A DNA stretch of 64,000 bases from Paraspadella gotoi (GCA_051294375.1 CM119264.1:30135693-30199692); one strand, 5' to 3'. Shown: positions 26,768 through 41,420, counted from the first letter of the stretch. Notes: generated by a model from the letters alone, not told the origin. A program made the numbers and translations.

Positions 26768-27105
26768 ACAAGAACGGTAATTCAAATGTGTTGCGCCGCA
26801 GTGACGGCCTTATCACGTGTGTTTCTCGTGACATGACATGACATTACATGACATGACGATGTGACATGATATGATTATATGATTACCATAACTTTCTTAA
26901 CCCGTGTGTCTATGTCTGTTATTTCCTGAAGGCGGAGCTAGCAGTCACTTAGATTTGAGGTTTTTTCTGTCCTAACAAATGAGAAACCAATTATATGCAA
27001 GTTATGAGCATTTTTAACGACCGACAGACATACCGACCGACCGACAGACCGACCGAAAAGTGACTTATAGAGTTGCTCCGCAAATCCTCGCGGCGCAACT
27101 AAAAA
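26768..27105 (-). mobile_element. HINE/DINE-1-like element, second apparently full copy
   Basis: Minus strand tttttaGTTGCGCCGC...gcaactctataagtcac, (CGGT)n, ...GCGGCGCAACacatttgaattaccgttcttg; perfect 10-bp subterminal inverted repeat. Confidence 0.82.
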
Positions 27106-27819
27106 TATAAAAAAAGCGCAACAATTTTTTTTTTCAACCTAGTACAAACCTTTTACTCATAATTAGATTCGACGCTAACAAAGGGAGAAAAATGAGATTT
27201 GCTTAATTTGTTGATTTTTTGAATAAACAATTTTATCAAATTATAAAAAAGACTAAGAGATGTAAGCAGGGAATGAAGGAACGAGATTGGTAATTAGGAA
27301 TGAATTAATTAGGAATGACTTAATTTTATTATAGATGACTAACAGCAACAACGGAGAAAGTGAATAATATATTAAAAAGTGTATTGTGAAATCGAAAATC
27401 ATTCATTCTGTAAATAAGCTATCTTGACTTTGGTTAAGCTATGGTGGGTTAAAGTCGCCACCCATAATTTTAATTGTAATAATAATTATAATTAAACCGC
27501 AAAACGAAACTAAATCGGATAAATAAACATGTGAATGGTAAATAGCAAATAGATTAGGTAATTTGATGGGAGGGCAAAATCTTTGAGAAAATGAAGACTT
27601 GAATTAATGAGATTAAAAAGAGACTGGGTTTGGCTTAAAGAAAGAATTTGGGTGGAGTGAGAGAGAGAGAGAGGGAGAGAGAGAGAAAGGGAAGGAGAGA
27701 GAGAGGCAGGGATTGGAGAGAGACAGAGAAGAGAGAGGGAGAGATGGAAAGAAGGAAGAGAGAGGAGATAGAAGAGAGAGAGAGCAAGGGAGGAGGGAGG
27801 AGGAGAGAGTAGAGGAAGA

Positions 27820-27866
<47 letters not shown>

Positions 27867-28069
27867 ATAACGACTTCATCAGCAAGAGAAAAGATCCGCC
27901 CATCGCATCCAATCGGGATTCGGTTACAGTACGAATCGGTTAAATCGGTTAAATCTTGCCCAACGAAAAACGAGAGTAAAGTTTAATGGAGGAAATTGAT
28001 TGACTGTTTGATTAGCGGATTGGATTGACTGGTTGATTGGGAGTTTCACTGCATGAGAATTGACAATTA

Positions 28070-28270
28070 AAAGTTTTACTGTTAAATTGACTGATAAATT
28101 GACTGATGAATTAATTTATAGATCGAGAGAATTGACTGATAATTTAACTTATGAATTAACTGACAGATTAAATGAGTGAATTGTCTGATAAATTGACTCA
28201 TGAATTAACTGACAGATTAGCTTATTTATTGAGTGAATTGACTGATAAATTGACTGATGAATTATCTGAT
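28070..28270. repeat. Degenerate ~12 bp minisatellite aattgactgat(a/g)
   Basis: Direct reading. Confidence 0.8.
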
Positions 28271-28895
28271 AGATTGCTTGGCGAATGAAAATTCGCGTCA
28301 AACTTCTGATTACAGCTCGATGCGGTTTTAACGATTTTCGATGAAAAGTTCTTCCAAAAAAAAATTACTAAACATAAAAAAAAACAACAACAACAACAAC
28401 AACAACGACCACAACGAGATTTACTGTTCCGCTGAGGATAAGAAATGGATGAAGACAACGGCAGAAGTAATAAGCAAAGAGGAGGACGACAACAACGACG
28501 ACAACGACGCCGCAGCCAACCCAGTCACCAGTCGCCTCCCCTTTTCCTTCAAACTTTCTTTAAATTCCCTTTAAACAACATTCTAGTTGCAGACTCTCAA
28601 AGTTGTCTCACCTACCATCTAAGGCAGATTCGAGAGTGAGGTTGGATGGCAACGACGACAACAACAACCACGACTACAATGATGATGACGACGACGACAA
28701 CGACGACGATTGCAACGACGACAACGACGACAACCAGCGAAAAACAAACGTTAGACTGTCACAAAGAGTCGAACTGTAATCAACGAGAAATCCAGAGATT
28801 ACACTGACTGCATTGTGCACTGACTGCATTGTGCATTGATTGCATCTTTTAATACGCTCAGAATTCGACACTTGGTTCCGACGCTACCCTTGATA

Positions 28896-28930
<35 letters not shown>

Positions 28931-31269
28931 CATGTCGCCCCAATTTTCGGCGCGTCATTCCTCCAACAAAACGCTCCGAACGGAATTGTTCAGTAATGGC
29001 ACGAAGATGGCACCGAAACCGGCGTCAAAAACGAGGCCAAATCGGCGTCAAAATCGAAACCGGCGATGAAAAAATCGGTGTCGAAATAAGAATGAGATGA
29101 ACATTAATCGCAAACCTTCACCTTAAAATATGTTCTTGCTGAAACTTACTTTTTATTCTTAAACCGTGAACCGCCTCAGCAGCCATGGAACGGGTCCTGG
29201 GCTTGGAGCTCTGCTTGATGGTTTTGCACGCCCTCACGCTTCCCACAGTGTAGGTACCGGGTTGGGAGTGAACCCGGTAAGTAGTTGTCAAGATTTGATG
29301 GCCTTACTCAACGAACCACGGGGTCTCGACTGAAGTTGTCAAGCTTATAGACGGGGTGAACTTAGGCAATGACCCACTAGGGCCACTACAAATCCTAAAT
29401 AATTTAAATAAAACTATGTTCACCCCGTTATTAACCTCTGGCTCATTAAGTAATGCAGTCAACTCATTAATAAGTACCCGGTTCACTCCTATCCCAGAAT
29501 TTTCCCTTCGGCCGTAAGGCGCTTAAACCGAGCAGCTAATCTTTTAGATTCCAATTCCCAGACTCCTTCCTAAGCTGATAGAGATGGTTCAGTCCGCTTT
29601 GCGTCTCATCCACGCTACCCTTTATTTTTCAAAGCGAATGATTAACCCGGATCTGATCGACCTGCAACGCCACCTTCCTTTCCGCCGGAAAATCGAATCC
29701 TCGTTGCTCATTTGTTTCAGACCCAAAAATCCCCTGGTTGGGAGCGTTGTCTCTTTCACCCATTTCTTGGCCGTCTTTTCCGAAAGCGCCTAATTTCAAT
29801 TCAAATTAATAATTAATTTTATCTTTTAGATTTAAAAAAAAATTAAATTAAGGGTTAGGGATAGGGATTAGAGATAGGGATAGGGATTAGGATATGGATT
29901 AAGGTTAGCTATTAGGCTAGGTAATAAATTATGGTTTGAGATTGGATGAAGTATTTAAAATTAAGTTCAGTGATTAAGAATAGAAATGGGGGTCTTTCGG
30001 AAAACAGTGCCCATTTTTTTTCCTTCCTCCTTGCCCCTCCTCCTCATCCTCCTCCTCCTCTTCCTCCTCCTCCTCCTCGTCCCCATTCTTCTCAAGCGAC
30101 GCCATCGAAGATTGAGTGGCTCAGACGATAAGAATGCGTCGTCGGGGAGCGCCGCTTTTGAGGGGGGCGGCGTCATGGAGCGCCGCTTTGGGGGAAAAGA
30201 GCCGAAAGCGATGCCNNNNNNNNNNNNNNNNNNNNNNNNNGCTTAGAGAGGCCAGTCCGTTCGATTCTTAATTTGGTTGTTACTTCAACGATTATTTCAT
30301 TGGTCTTTGCGAAAATCCGTTTAAATACTATGTATATCTTTGAATCGATGAGCTGCAGTTTTATAACAACACGGTTAAGTTTACAACAGGTGCCGAGATC
30401 CGGTCTCTCTTCTCTCCTCTCTCCCTAGACGAGCCGGATTGACAGATTTGAGAAATACTGCTTAATGTTGACTTTTGTTTTACACGGGACAAAGACAGGA
30501 GAAAGGAGAGGAAAGATAGAAAAGAGAAAGACAGAAAGACAAGACTATTTTTCTCTCCCTTTGGGCTCCATTGTTCTCCACAGTCATCGTTTGAGTCGCG
30601 AGACGAAGAAAAAGTAGATTATATTAAAGAATTATAAAAATATTTTTTTTTTAAAGAAAAGTGAAAGAGAATTAAAGTAGAAAATAGAAATTTTTTATCT
30701 CTATTTCGCCTCCATTAGAACTTCGACTTTTCTTTCAAATGGGTTCATATTCTTTTTATTTTTTATTTATTGGTTAAGACTGTGGAAGTAAAATTACGAT
30801 GAACGAGAGACGACGATGATGAAAATGACGAAAGGGGACGACGACACGACGACGACGACGATGCACGTTACGAGAGCGAACGACGACGAATAGACGATTG
30901 AAGACACGACGACGGACGACGACGACGACGGACGACGACGACGACGAAGACGACGAACGACGATGACGACGACGACGAACGACGAACTTGCCGACGAAGG
31001 CGACGACCGATACGATGTTGCGATGGACGACGACGAGAGCGTTAACGATGATCGACGAACGACGCACAGAAGACGACGACGAACGACAGAACGACGAAGA
31101 CGACGACGAACGATGCGACGAGATCGACGACGACGACGACCCGAACGAGATTCGAGACGAGAGACGCACGACGACGACGACGAACGACGAACGACGAAGA
31201 CAGAAGAGGCGACGACGACGACCGACGAGAACGAAGACGACGAACGACGACGACGACGACGAACGACGA

Positions 31270-31301
<32 letters not shown>

Positions 31302-33043
31302 ACGTAACGAGATTCGTCAAAGGACGATTATCTTTCTCGAGTCAACGGATTTTTTTAGCGGTTCGTAAAATTCGCTGACTGCAATGAGTTTTCCAAAATA
31401 ATTTAATTTAAATATTCGTATTAAATTATATCCATCGTAACTAAGCGAACGTTCCGGGATGGAGGACGTGATTCAGATAATTCAATATAGTTTATATATT
31501 TCGAATACATACCCATTGTGTATGAATTGAAATAATTAATTGTTGTCGTTATGGAGTCTTTTTTTCATTCAACATCTGGCATCGACGGTTTTTCATCTCC
31601 GCGTCTTTTGTTTTGCGGCGATTATCTAATTCCAGTTGTATAGATTTTTAAGCTGTCGCAAACATCTCTGATTTCTAATCACGTTGTTATTTCTTTGTTC
31701 ATGGTGCTGAAATATTGGGTGTAGACTAGTAATTATTCACTAGTCTCACAGGCCATCTGTAGTCTCATATAAGTTTTCAGTCAGCGCAGAATGTTGCATG
31801 CGTGTCGAATTAGACGATGTAATGCCGATTTATATTATAGCTTGAGACTAGCGGGTGCAAGTTCTAGGTGTGTATACAAAGCCTAAAACTTCTTTCTTAC
31901 AAATCAAAACTCTTCCTTTGGATTAGACTACATTGGCATGGTTTGTCGTACAGCAGAGATCAATATAAGAGCTTACACCAAGAACGGAAATCTATATACT
32001 TTAACTCGCGGGTGGGCAAGCTTGGGACGTTCGATATAATGGACAAATATCAGAATTATAGGAAACATATTCTTTGAAATCCAAACTCTCATTATGGACT
32101 AGGACCGAAAAAGGGAGATAATTGACAAGGTACTTACGTGGGAAGTTGTAGACGATTTCAAAACACGGCAGTCTGTGACAAGTAAGTAGTTCTTGCACTT
32201 TTTAAGTAGAAGACTTTGCTTAGAGAGTGAACTGCTAACATTGATTTCATATTATCTCATTTGTCTAACGACAGGATAGGAGGCCTCTTGCAGAAACACA
32301 CAGCAGAAAGCCTTGGTCAGACGTTATGCCGACGGCGACAAAGTATAACTCTTCTAATCACTGTCTCTACATAAAATGATGCATCTCTAAATACTACATT
32401 TATACGATGTATATGGTCTAGACTATACTAATCATTATCGCATTACACCGATATTAGAACAGTAACATTGCCCTTATGTAATTCCAGCTATTGCAAGCAT
32501 AAGTCGATCATAGGTCTGAACGTGCAAACGATAAAAGTACAGACAATAATGTACAGAGATATTGCCTCAGCCCCATCTCTATTAATAGTGATGGTTAATT
32601 TTATCTCGGTCAGTATCTTTGTTACCCGCGATTCGTGTCTCGTGAATATATCAATTTAGAGGATAGGTGGGTGTTCCGTCTCTATACCAATGGGAAGCAT
32701 TTGAAGAGAAAATGCAAAGTTAGATAACGGGAACGGAACGCTCTACGACCGAGAAAGACTGCTGAATCTTATCATCGCGGAGGGCTTTTGAAGGAATGTA
32801 ATGTATTTTTCGTTCTAGATAATCTAACATTAATTATCCTCTATTTTTTAATTTTTTTTTTAACTTCGTTAATACTTATATGTTTAAAATATTGTAAACG
32901 TGCGTGAAGAAGTAGATTAAACGTGTAAAAGTCAGTTATAGATAAAACTAACTTGACAATTAACTCCTATTAGACTTATAAATACGCTGAAGTTTCCCTC
33001 TTGTAGCGATTTCGAATTAAAAAATTCATCTTTTGCATATTAA

Positions 33044-33550
33044 CCTTCGTCGTCGTTCTTTGTCCTATTTGATTTTGCCCTGAGTTTTCAGAGAAGACTG
33101 AGATCGGCTGCGGCGGCAGGGGCTGCGGGGAGGGACGCAGGGGCGACAGGAGCTGCGCCGGGGCGGCGGCCGTGCGGCGGCCAGTGCGGCAGCGGAATCC
33201 GGGAAAAGTATTCATCCGCGATGAATTGAGTTTAGATAATAATCAGAATCGACATCAAAATTGATTTTTTCCCTTTTGAGTTAAAGAGAATGGTTTTTTC
33301 CTTATTAACGACGATGACGACAGACGAAGACGACGACGACGAGAAGAAGAACCCGTCCAACGAAGAGAACCGCCGGAAACGAAGGGGACATAAAGAAGCC
33401 GTTTCTGGTTCCACTCGAAGACGCTCTGATTAAATCATCTTTGTTTTCCGCTTTTGTTTTTAGTTTGTTTTTTGTCATCGTAGATGTCGCTGCGATGGGA
33501 GGAGGAAGAGGAGGAAGAGGAGGAGGGAGTGAGGGGCGTCGTATTGGCAT
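33044..33550 (-). pseudogene. Frameshifted inverted copy of the signal-peptide exon at 38647-39158 (probably an uncorrected-read duplicate)
   Basis: Shares IAATST, MSPSFPA and DEYFSG-encoding sequence but is split across three frames. Confidence 0.6.
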
Positions 33551-34377
33551 CTTCTAATGATTTTTTTTCTTTAAGGAAGAAATGAGAGAAGTCGTGTTAA
33601 AGACGAACGGAGGAGAGATGGAATCGGTTACAGATGCATATCTGATCAGAAGGGGTTGGAGTTTTACAGTTGGCGAGTGGAGAGATGATCGTGGACGGGG
33701 GAAAAGGATCTGCAGATGGAAGATGGGCAAGATGGCAGACTGGCAAGGTTGCAGTCAGGAAAGCGAAGTACCGTCTAGCGAGTCGAGACAAAAGGGAACT
33801 ACAAAGGCGGTTGGGCGTTGTTTTTTTTTGTGTTTTTTTTTTTTGTTTGTTGTGTTGTTTTTTTTTTAGCTGATGTCAAGTCGGGGAACTTCTGTCGAAA
33901 AACGAAATTAAATTCATGTTAAACTCAGTTTAACTGTTATTTTTTAAAACATGTTTAGTAAACGGAAAAGTCGTTACGAGCAAGGATTTTCATTGATTGA
34001 TGTGATTGATTGTTTGATTGATTGATTGTTGATTGATTGATATGATTGATTGATTGAATTGATTGATTGTTCGGATATGATTAGAGTTGATTGAGTTGGT
34101 TGATTGAGTGAATGTTTGATTGGATTTCATTAGTGAATTATGGATAATCGATTTTTTTTTTCTTTTTAATACCAGGGAGTTCTATTTGTTAGGAAAATAT
34201 TCGTGTAATCGAAAGAAAGTTTTTATCATAAATGGATATCATAAGTCATATCATAATCAATCATCATCATCATGCTTAATCATAATCATGCATCACATCA
34301 TGCTTAATCATAAATCATATCATTCATCCAACAATACCAGCATGTTGTCGTCAGTTTAATTTTTTCACTTTTATAGC

Positions 34378-34593
34378 CGCGAGTTTTGTTAAGACAGAAA
34401 AACTCAAATCTAAGTGAATGCTAGCCACGCGTTCAGGAATTTGATGCAGTGGCGTGGTATAAAGTAATATGACATATAACCTTTGTTAAACATAAAATTT
34501 CCTATTCATGTAGTTCATGTGACTCAAGGAATATAGAACGTGAAAGAAAGTACACTTCGGCCAACACATTGGGGTTGGGACCCATCTTGTTTT
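34378..34593 (+). mobile_element. 5'-truncated HINE-like element (duplicate of 37463-37683)
   Basis: ctcaaatctaagtg...gctagc and 3' caacacattggg...gacccatcttgtttt. Confidence 0.65.
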
Positions 34594-36811
34594 TCTTTTT
34601 TTTTTCCCTTCGAACTGTGCTTCAGTAATTCTGCGGTGCATCGGAACGTTAGGGCTTGCCTTTGCTTTGCTTTCTTTTCTTTTCTTTCTCTTGTAGTCTT
34701 TCTTTTCTTTTCTTTTCTTTTCTTTTCATGTTTTCTTTCTTTGTTCTTTTCTTTTCTTTCTTTTCTTTTCCTTTTCCTCTCACCGTTCATTTCTCCTGAC
34801 CGTGAAGGGTCTACTCGGGAACGCATCATTCTTGTTCACAATTCTCTTCTCTCTCTTTCTCTCTCTCGTCTCTCTCTCCTCTCTTCTTTCTCTCTCTCTC
34901 GTCTCTCTTTTTCGTCTCTCTCTTCTCTTCTCTCTCTTCTCTCTCTCTGTCGACGTCTCAATATATGCTCTATCTCTACTTAAACTTCCTGTCGGACTTT
35001 GTGTTAAGACAGTTTCATTTCTGCTTAATCATAAAGTCCAACGCTCCTCTCGCCCTCTTCTCCTCTTTCTTCTTTCCTTTCTGTCCCATATAGCTTTGGT
35101 CTGTTCCTCGAAATTCTTCATTATGCATTTGTTCTTTCTTCTCGAATAGTTTTCGTTTCTGGGTGAACCAACTCTGAAACTTTGTGATGATGACTCGTTG
35201 TCAAGAGAATATTGCATTCTCTTCTCTGTTCTCTCTTCTCAGTCTCTCTCTCTCTTCTCTTTTTCTCTCATCTCTCTCTCTCTCTTAAACTGTTTTTGCG
35301 TTACTCGTGTTTTGTCTCTCTCTCTCGAATACTGAATTTCTTTCTGGTTAGCAACTCTGAAATACTTGTGGCATGCGACTCGCTATACTGAGATAAGGCG
35401 TAGTAAAATTCCTAAGTTTAACTTTAATTAAAATGTCTAAAAGTGAGCGACGAACAACATTATATTTATGAACATTTATGTATAAAAAGAATTTATAGAT
35501 AATTTAACAATTTACGCGTAGGCCCCATATTTATGACTAGTACTCAGAACCAATAATGTTTAAAATTCTCAAAAGAGTTTTTTCGAAGATTTTTTTGCGA
35601 GATTTGGATCGTCATAAAATAGTTGATAAAAGAAATATATCTTGTTTTTGAAACATTCCTTTCATTTAAGTGGGTAACAAATTTGAAAAGGCTATTTTTT
35701 AAGACTGGAAATTTAACTTTTTATATATTAAGTGGTTTTTAATTTTTAACACTACATTATGAAAGAGAATTTTTAAAAATGATTATATTTTCTTGTATCA
35801 CTTTTGACGAGGAATTCAAGATCTGCAATCAAAATTAAATAAAAGCGCTATTTTGAAATGTTAGGATAGTTTACTGATATATAGAGGTATAAGGCTACTG
35901 CGAAAATTAATAAACATAAAATTTATTTTTTTAACAATTAATGTTCACTGATGGTATGGGTTGTTCATAAATTGACTTTAGAATTTTATTGTATGTTTAA
36001 CTTTCGACTACGCCTTACTGAGGGATATTGCGAGCTTCTTTCTCTTCTCTCTCCCGTCAGTCTCTCTCTCTCATCTCTCTCTTCCTCTCACTCTCTCTCT
36101 CCTTTTATTAATTTATTAATGTCATATCCAACTCGATTGGCAAAAGAAGTCGCTTACAGAGTTCAATATTCGCATAAGATGACGAGATCACGCTTTTTTG
36201 CGCACGTCGGCGCCGGGCCGCCGGGCGCCGCGCTTCACCTTTTCCAACACCAGCGAGGCTTCTTTCTCAGACTCTCTGCATCTTACGGACGGGGAATTTG
36301 TGATCTCAATCTCATCGTGAATTTTTTGAACTTTCGATGCTTTAACAGACAGTTGATCGATACTAATTTCACGTATTAATCTTTTCTCAGCGCTCTCTCC
36401 GGCCTCTCTTCTCTCTTCATCGTCTCTCCTCTCATCTGCTCTTTGCATCTCTCGTCTTTCTCTCGTCTTCTCTCTCTCTTCTTTCTCCTCTATTCTGCCT
36501 GCGTCCGTTCCTCTCTGCTCTCTCTCCCTGTCTCGTCGTCTCTCTCTCTCTGCGCTCTACCTCTCTCATGCTCGGTCAGTCGTCTTCATCTGCTCTCTTC
36601 TCTCTCTCTCCCGTAGTCGTTTCTTCTCTATGCTTCCTCCAGGTATTCCGCTCATGCGTGCGGGATGGCAATAATTAAAGTTAAACTTAGGAATTTTACT
36701 ACGCCTTATTCCTCAGTATAGAGTCGTCATGCCACAAAGTATCAGAGTTGGTTAACCCAGAAAGAAATTAGTATTCCGAGAGAGAGAGAACAAACACAGT
36801 AACGAAAACAG

Positions 36812-36925
<114 letters not shown>

Positions 36926-37462
36926 CAATATTCTCTTGAAAGAGTCATCATGCGACAAAGTTTCAGAGTTGGTTCACCCAGAAACGAATAACTATTTCGA
37001 GAGAGAAAGAACNNNNNNNNNNNNNNNNNNNNNNNNNNNNNNNNNNNNNNNNNNNNNNNNNNNNNNNNNNNNNNNNNNNNNNNNNNNNNNNNNNNNNNNN
37101 NNNNNNNNNNNNNNNNNNNNNNNNNNNNNNNNNNNNNNNNNNNNNNNNNNNNNNNNNNNNNNNNNNNNNNNNNNNNNNNNNNNNNNNNNNNNNNNNNNNN
37201 NNNNNNNNNNNNNNNNNNNNNNNNNNNNNNNNNNNNNNNNNNNNNNNNNNNNNNNNNNNNNNNNNNNNNNNNNNNNNNNNNNNNNNNNNNNNNNNNNNNN
37301 NNNNNNNNNNNNNNNNNNNNNNNNNNNNNNNNNNNNNNNNNNNNNNNNNNNNNNNNNNNNNNNNNNNNNNNNNNNNNNNNNNNNNNNNNNNAAAGAAAGC
37401 AAAGCTAACTTCCGATGCACCGCAGGAATACTGAATGCACAGTCGAAGGGAAAAAAAAAAGA

Positions 37463-37683
37463 AAAACAAGATGGGTCCACCCAATGTGTTGCGCCGAAGT
37501 GACTTTCTTTTCACGTCTATTTCCCTGTGATCACATGACTACATGAATAGGAAATTTATGTTTAACAAACGTGTTTATATTGTATTTGTATTTATGACAC
37601 GCACTGCATCGAAATTTCCTGAAGGCGGTGCTAGCAGTCACTTAGATTTGAGGTTTTTTTTCTGTCTTAACAAACTCGCGGCA
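37463..37683 (-). mobile_element. 5'-truncated HINE-like element with 3' hairpin
   Basis: Minus strand ...cttcGGCGCAACacatTGGGtggaCCCAtcttgtttt: 3' subterminal repeat, hairpin and T-run; body homologous to 13800-13930. Confidence 0.72.
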
Positions 37684-38198
37684 AAAGTAAAAAATAAACT
37701 GACGACGACGATGTTGGTGATTGTGATGATGATGATGATTATGATTAAGATGATGATGATGATGATTATGATTAAGATGATGATGATGATGATTATGATG
37801 ATGACGATGATGATGATTATGATTAAAAAATTTTCTTTTCGATTAACGGAGATATTTTCCTAGGACAAATAGAAGCTCTGGNNNNNNNNNNNNNNNNNNN
37901 NNNNNNNNNNNNNNNNNNNNNNNNNNNNNNNNNNNNNNNNNNNNNNNNNNNNNNNNNNNNNNNNNNNNNNNNNNNNNNNNNNNNNNNNNNNNNNNNNNNN
38001 NNNNNNNNNNNNNNNNNNNNNNNNNNNNNNNNNNNNNNNNNNNNNNNNNNNNNNNNNNNNNNNNNNNNNNNNNNNNNNNNNNNNNNNNNNNNNNNNNNNN
38101 NNNNNNNNNNNNNNNNNNNNNNNNNNNNNNNNNNNNNNNNNNNNNNNNNNNNNNNNNNNNNNNNNNNNNNNNNNNNNNNNNNNNNNNNNNNNNNNNNN

Positions 38199-38234
<36 letters not shown>

Positions 38235-38646
38235 TGAAAATCTTGGCTCGTACGACTTTTCCGTTTACTATAAATGTTTTAAATAACAGTAAACTGAGTT
38301 TTTAACATGAATTAATTTGTTTTTCGCAGATTCCCCGACTGAATCAGCAAAAAAAAACAACAACAAAAAAACAAAAACAAAAAAAAACAAGCAACCGCCG
38401 TTGTAGTTCCCTTTTGTCTCGACTCGCTAGACGGTAGCTTCGCTTTCCTGAGTGCAACGTTGCCAGTCTGCCATCTGCCATCTTCCATCTGCAACTCTTC
38501 CCCGTCCACGATCATCTCTCACTCGCCAACTGTAAATCCAACGCCCTTCTTGATCAGATATCATCTGTAACCGATTCCATCTCTCTCCGTTCGTCTTTAA
38601 CACGACTTCTCTCATTTCTTCCTTAAGAGAAAAAAAAATATTAGAG

Positions 38647-39158
38647 ATGCAATCGACGCCCCTTCACTCCCTCCTCCTCTTCCTCCTCTTCCTCCTCGCC
38701 ATCGCAGCGACATCTACGATGAAAAAACAAACTAAAAACAAAAGGGAAACAAAGGATGAGTTTAATCAGAGGCGTCTCGAGTGGAACCAGAGACGGGCGT
38801 CTTTTATGTCCCCTTCGTTTCCGGCGGGTTCGTCTTCGTTGGAGGGTTCTTCTTCGTCGTCGTCGTCGTCTTCGTCGTCGTCATCGTCGTTAATTAAGGA
38901 TAAAAACCATTTTCTCTTTAACTCAAAAGGGAAAATCAATTTTGATGTCGATTCTGATTTATTATCTAAACTCAATTCATCGGCGGATGAATACTTTTCC
39001 GGATTCGCTGCCGCACCTGCCGCCGACGCCGCCGCCGCCGGCGCAGCTCCTGTCGCCCCTGCCGTCCCTGCCGCCCCTGCAGCCCCTGCCGCCGCAGCCG
39101 ATTCAGTTTCGTCTGAAAAACTCAGGCGAAAATCAAAAGGACAAAGACGACGACGAAG
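38647..39158 (+). CDS. First coding exon of a secreted precursor protein (signal peptide, dibasic sites, poly-Ser, Ala/Pro-rich, polybasic end)
   Basis: ATG followed by hydrophobic LLLFLLFLLAIAATS; 170 open codons, GC-rich; ends at donor GAAG|GTAAAT (phase 2) within RRRR, or at the in-frame TAA 39160-39162 if unspliced. Confidence 0.62.
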
Positions 39159-40039
39159 GTAAATATGAAAGATGGAATTTTTTTAATTTCGAAATCGCGA
39201 CAAAGAGGGAAATGTCATGTATTTATAAGTCTAATAGGAGTTTGTCAGTTGTTTTTATCTATACTGACTTTTAAGTTTAATTATTCTTCACGCACGTTTA
39301 AATATTTTAACATAAGATTAACGAAGTAAAAAAAAAATTAAAAAAGATAATTAATTTGTAGATTATTAAACGAAAAAAATAATTCTTAAAGCTCCGCGAG
39401 AAATAGAGTTTTCTCGGGAGAGCGTTGTTTCTACTTTGCTTCTTCAAACGCAACTAATTTGAGTTTCACGGAGAAGCCAAAGTAACAAAGATACTGACCG
39501 AGATAATGACAGTATTAATAGAGAGGGCGAGGCATATCTTTGTACATTTTGTTTGTCTTTTGTGATGTCGACTTTGTCGTGTGATAGTGGATTAGTATGT
39601 TAGCTTTATCGGGTAAGTCTGGATTAAGTTGTTGGCTAAATCGTGTGTGTGAGAGTGTGAGAGTGTGAGAGTGAGTGTCGATTGGGAGCTCACTGCTCGG
39701 CTTTTCTGGGGTGGATATTGATTAGAGTTATCAGAATTGTCATTTAAGAGCAAATATTGAGTTGTTGACGTATTGACTAAATTTTTTTTTCGGTTAAGCC
39801 TAATGATATTTGTCTGATATTTGCCAATGACGTCGCCAGCTTTGCCGAGTTAATATTTTCATTGGCTTGTAAGCTATGTCGTGTAAACATCAATTGTCAG
39901 TTTTGTTAAGATAAGAGTTGTTAGCTTTAGATCACTGAAAGTAGACTATAAAGTTTTTAGCAGTAATTAATACGGGTACGATTGTCTTCGTATGAGGACT
40001 GATCCTGTCTTTAACGCTCCTAGGCATACTCCAGCAATA

Positions 40040-40348
40040 GCTGTGAGAAACTATGAATCAGATGCTGGGGACAGTTAAGAATAAAACAGACTGAGTGAAT
40101 CAGATGATATGGGCGTGATCCTGATGTCATGGAGGCATAGTACTGCTAGAATCAATGTTGAGGGACGTAAATAACTGTGAATCAGATGTTGGGGAACAGT
40201 AAGAAATAAAACTGCGAATCAGAGTGTTGGGGACCAGCAATGAATCATTTTGAGGTTAGAAAATATCCAGAATAGATTTGGGGGACAGTCAAAAATAAAC
40301 CTGTGAATCAGATGATTAGGGCGAGGCAGAGAAATAAACATGTGAATC
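40040..40348. repeat. Degenerate ~36-40 bp minisatellite ctgtgaatcagatgttggggacagttaagaaataaa
   Basis: About 8 recurrences of gaatcagatg. Confidence 0.75.
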
Positions 40349-40638
40349 GCCGAAAAAAAGACGCGATGAAAACTGTCCGATGCCAGATGTGAATGAAAAA
40401 AAGATCAAAGGAAAATCTTATTTCAATTCATGAAATGTATGTATGTAATATTTAATAATTAATGTTCAGTGTTTCAATCTATCCGGACGTTTCGTTAAGT
40501 TTACGATGATATTTTAATAGGAAATTAAAATTTAAATTATTTAAACTCATTGAGTCGCGAATTACGACGTAAAAAAATCCGTTGGACTCGAGAAGAGAAT
40601 CGATCCTTTGATATCGTCGTTCGTCTCGGGATTCGTCG

Positions 40639-40670
<32 letters not shown>

Positions 40671-41387
40671 GTGTCGTCGTCGTCGTCGTCTCGTCGTCTG
40701 TTCGTCATCATCAGATCGTCGTCGTCCATCGTAATTTAACTTGCACAGCGACTGTAAGCCGAGTAAATTAAAAAAAGAATATGAAACCCATTGGAAAGAA
40801 AAGTCGGTATTCTAATGGAGGCGAAATAGAGATAAATACATTTTATTTCTACTTCTTTAATTCTCTGTTCAACATTTTATAAAAATCAATTTAATTTTTT
40901 TAATATACATTATTTTCTCGTCTCGCGATCGAAACGATGACTGGTGGAGAAAATGGGGCACACAAAGGGAGAGAGAAAATAGTCTGTCTTTCTTACTTTA
41001 CTTATTATTCTTTCTTTCTTTCTTTCTTTCTTGTCTTTTTTCTTTTTTTTCTTTCTTTCCTTTTTGTTTTCGTAAAAATTAAGTTTTCACATTAATCAGA
41101 TTTTTTTTTTCAAATCTGTTTTCAATTCCGGTGCGTTTAGGGGGAGAGAGGGGAGAGAGAGAGAGGAGAAAGAGGGGACAGAGAGGGGGAGAGAGAGGGG
41201 AGAGAAAGGGAGAGAGAGGGGAGAAAGAGGGGACAAAGAGGGGAGAAAGACGGGAGAGAGAGGGGAGAGCAGTAGATGGAAAGAGAAGGATATTTTTGTA
41301 TTTTAAATGTTTTTGTTGACAAAAAGAAAAAAAAGTGGCTACGAAAAAAGGAAATAATTGTTATTATATTGTGAGATTTCCCCCCCC

Positions 41388-41420
<33 letters not shown>

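Larger units (their letters stand above)
30400..35430 (-). repeat. Left arm of ~5 kb inverted duplication (partner 36671-41150)
   Basis: Unique segments match in reverse complement (e.g. 33000-33900 vs 38320-39200; 35150-35430 vs 36671-37010); indel-rich; starts just after the 25-N gap 30216-30240. Confidence 0.9.

Noticed and set aside
28270-29070. Low-complexity ORFs as a coding exon
   Set aside because: Fragmented across frames and built from AAC/GAC repeats; no consistent splice structure found
29160-29790. GC-richer segment as exon or retroelement ORF
   Set aside because: Two - strand frames are each open for only ~55 codons, with no recognisable motif; cannot be assigned
29848-29920. 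Telomere
   Set aside because: Short, degenerate, interstitial TAGGG-type tract
30774-31368. Arg/Asp/Thr-rich ORFs
   Set aside because: Error-rich (GAC)n microsatellite within the duplicated arm
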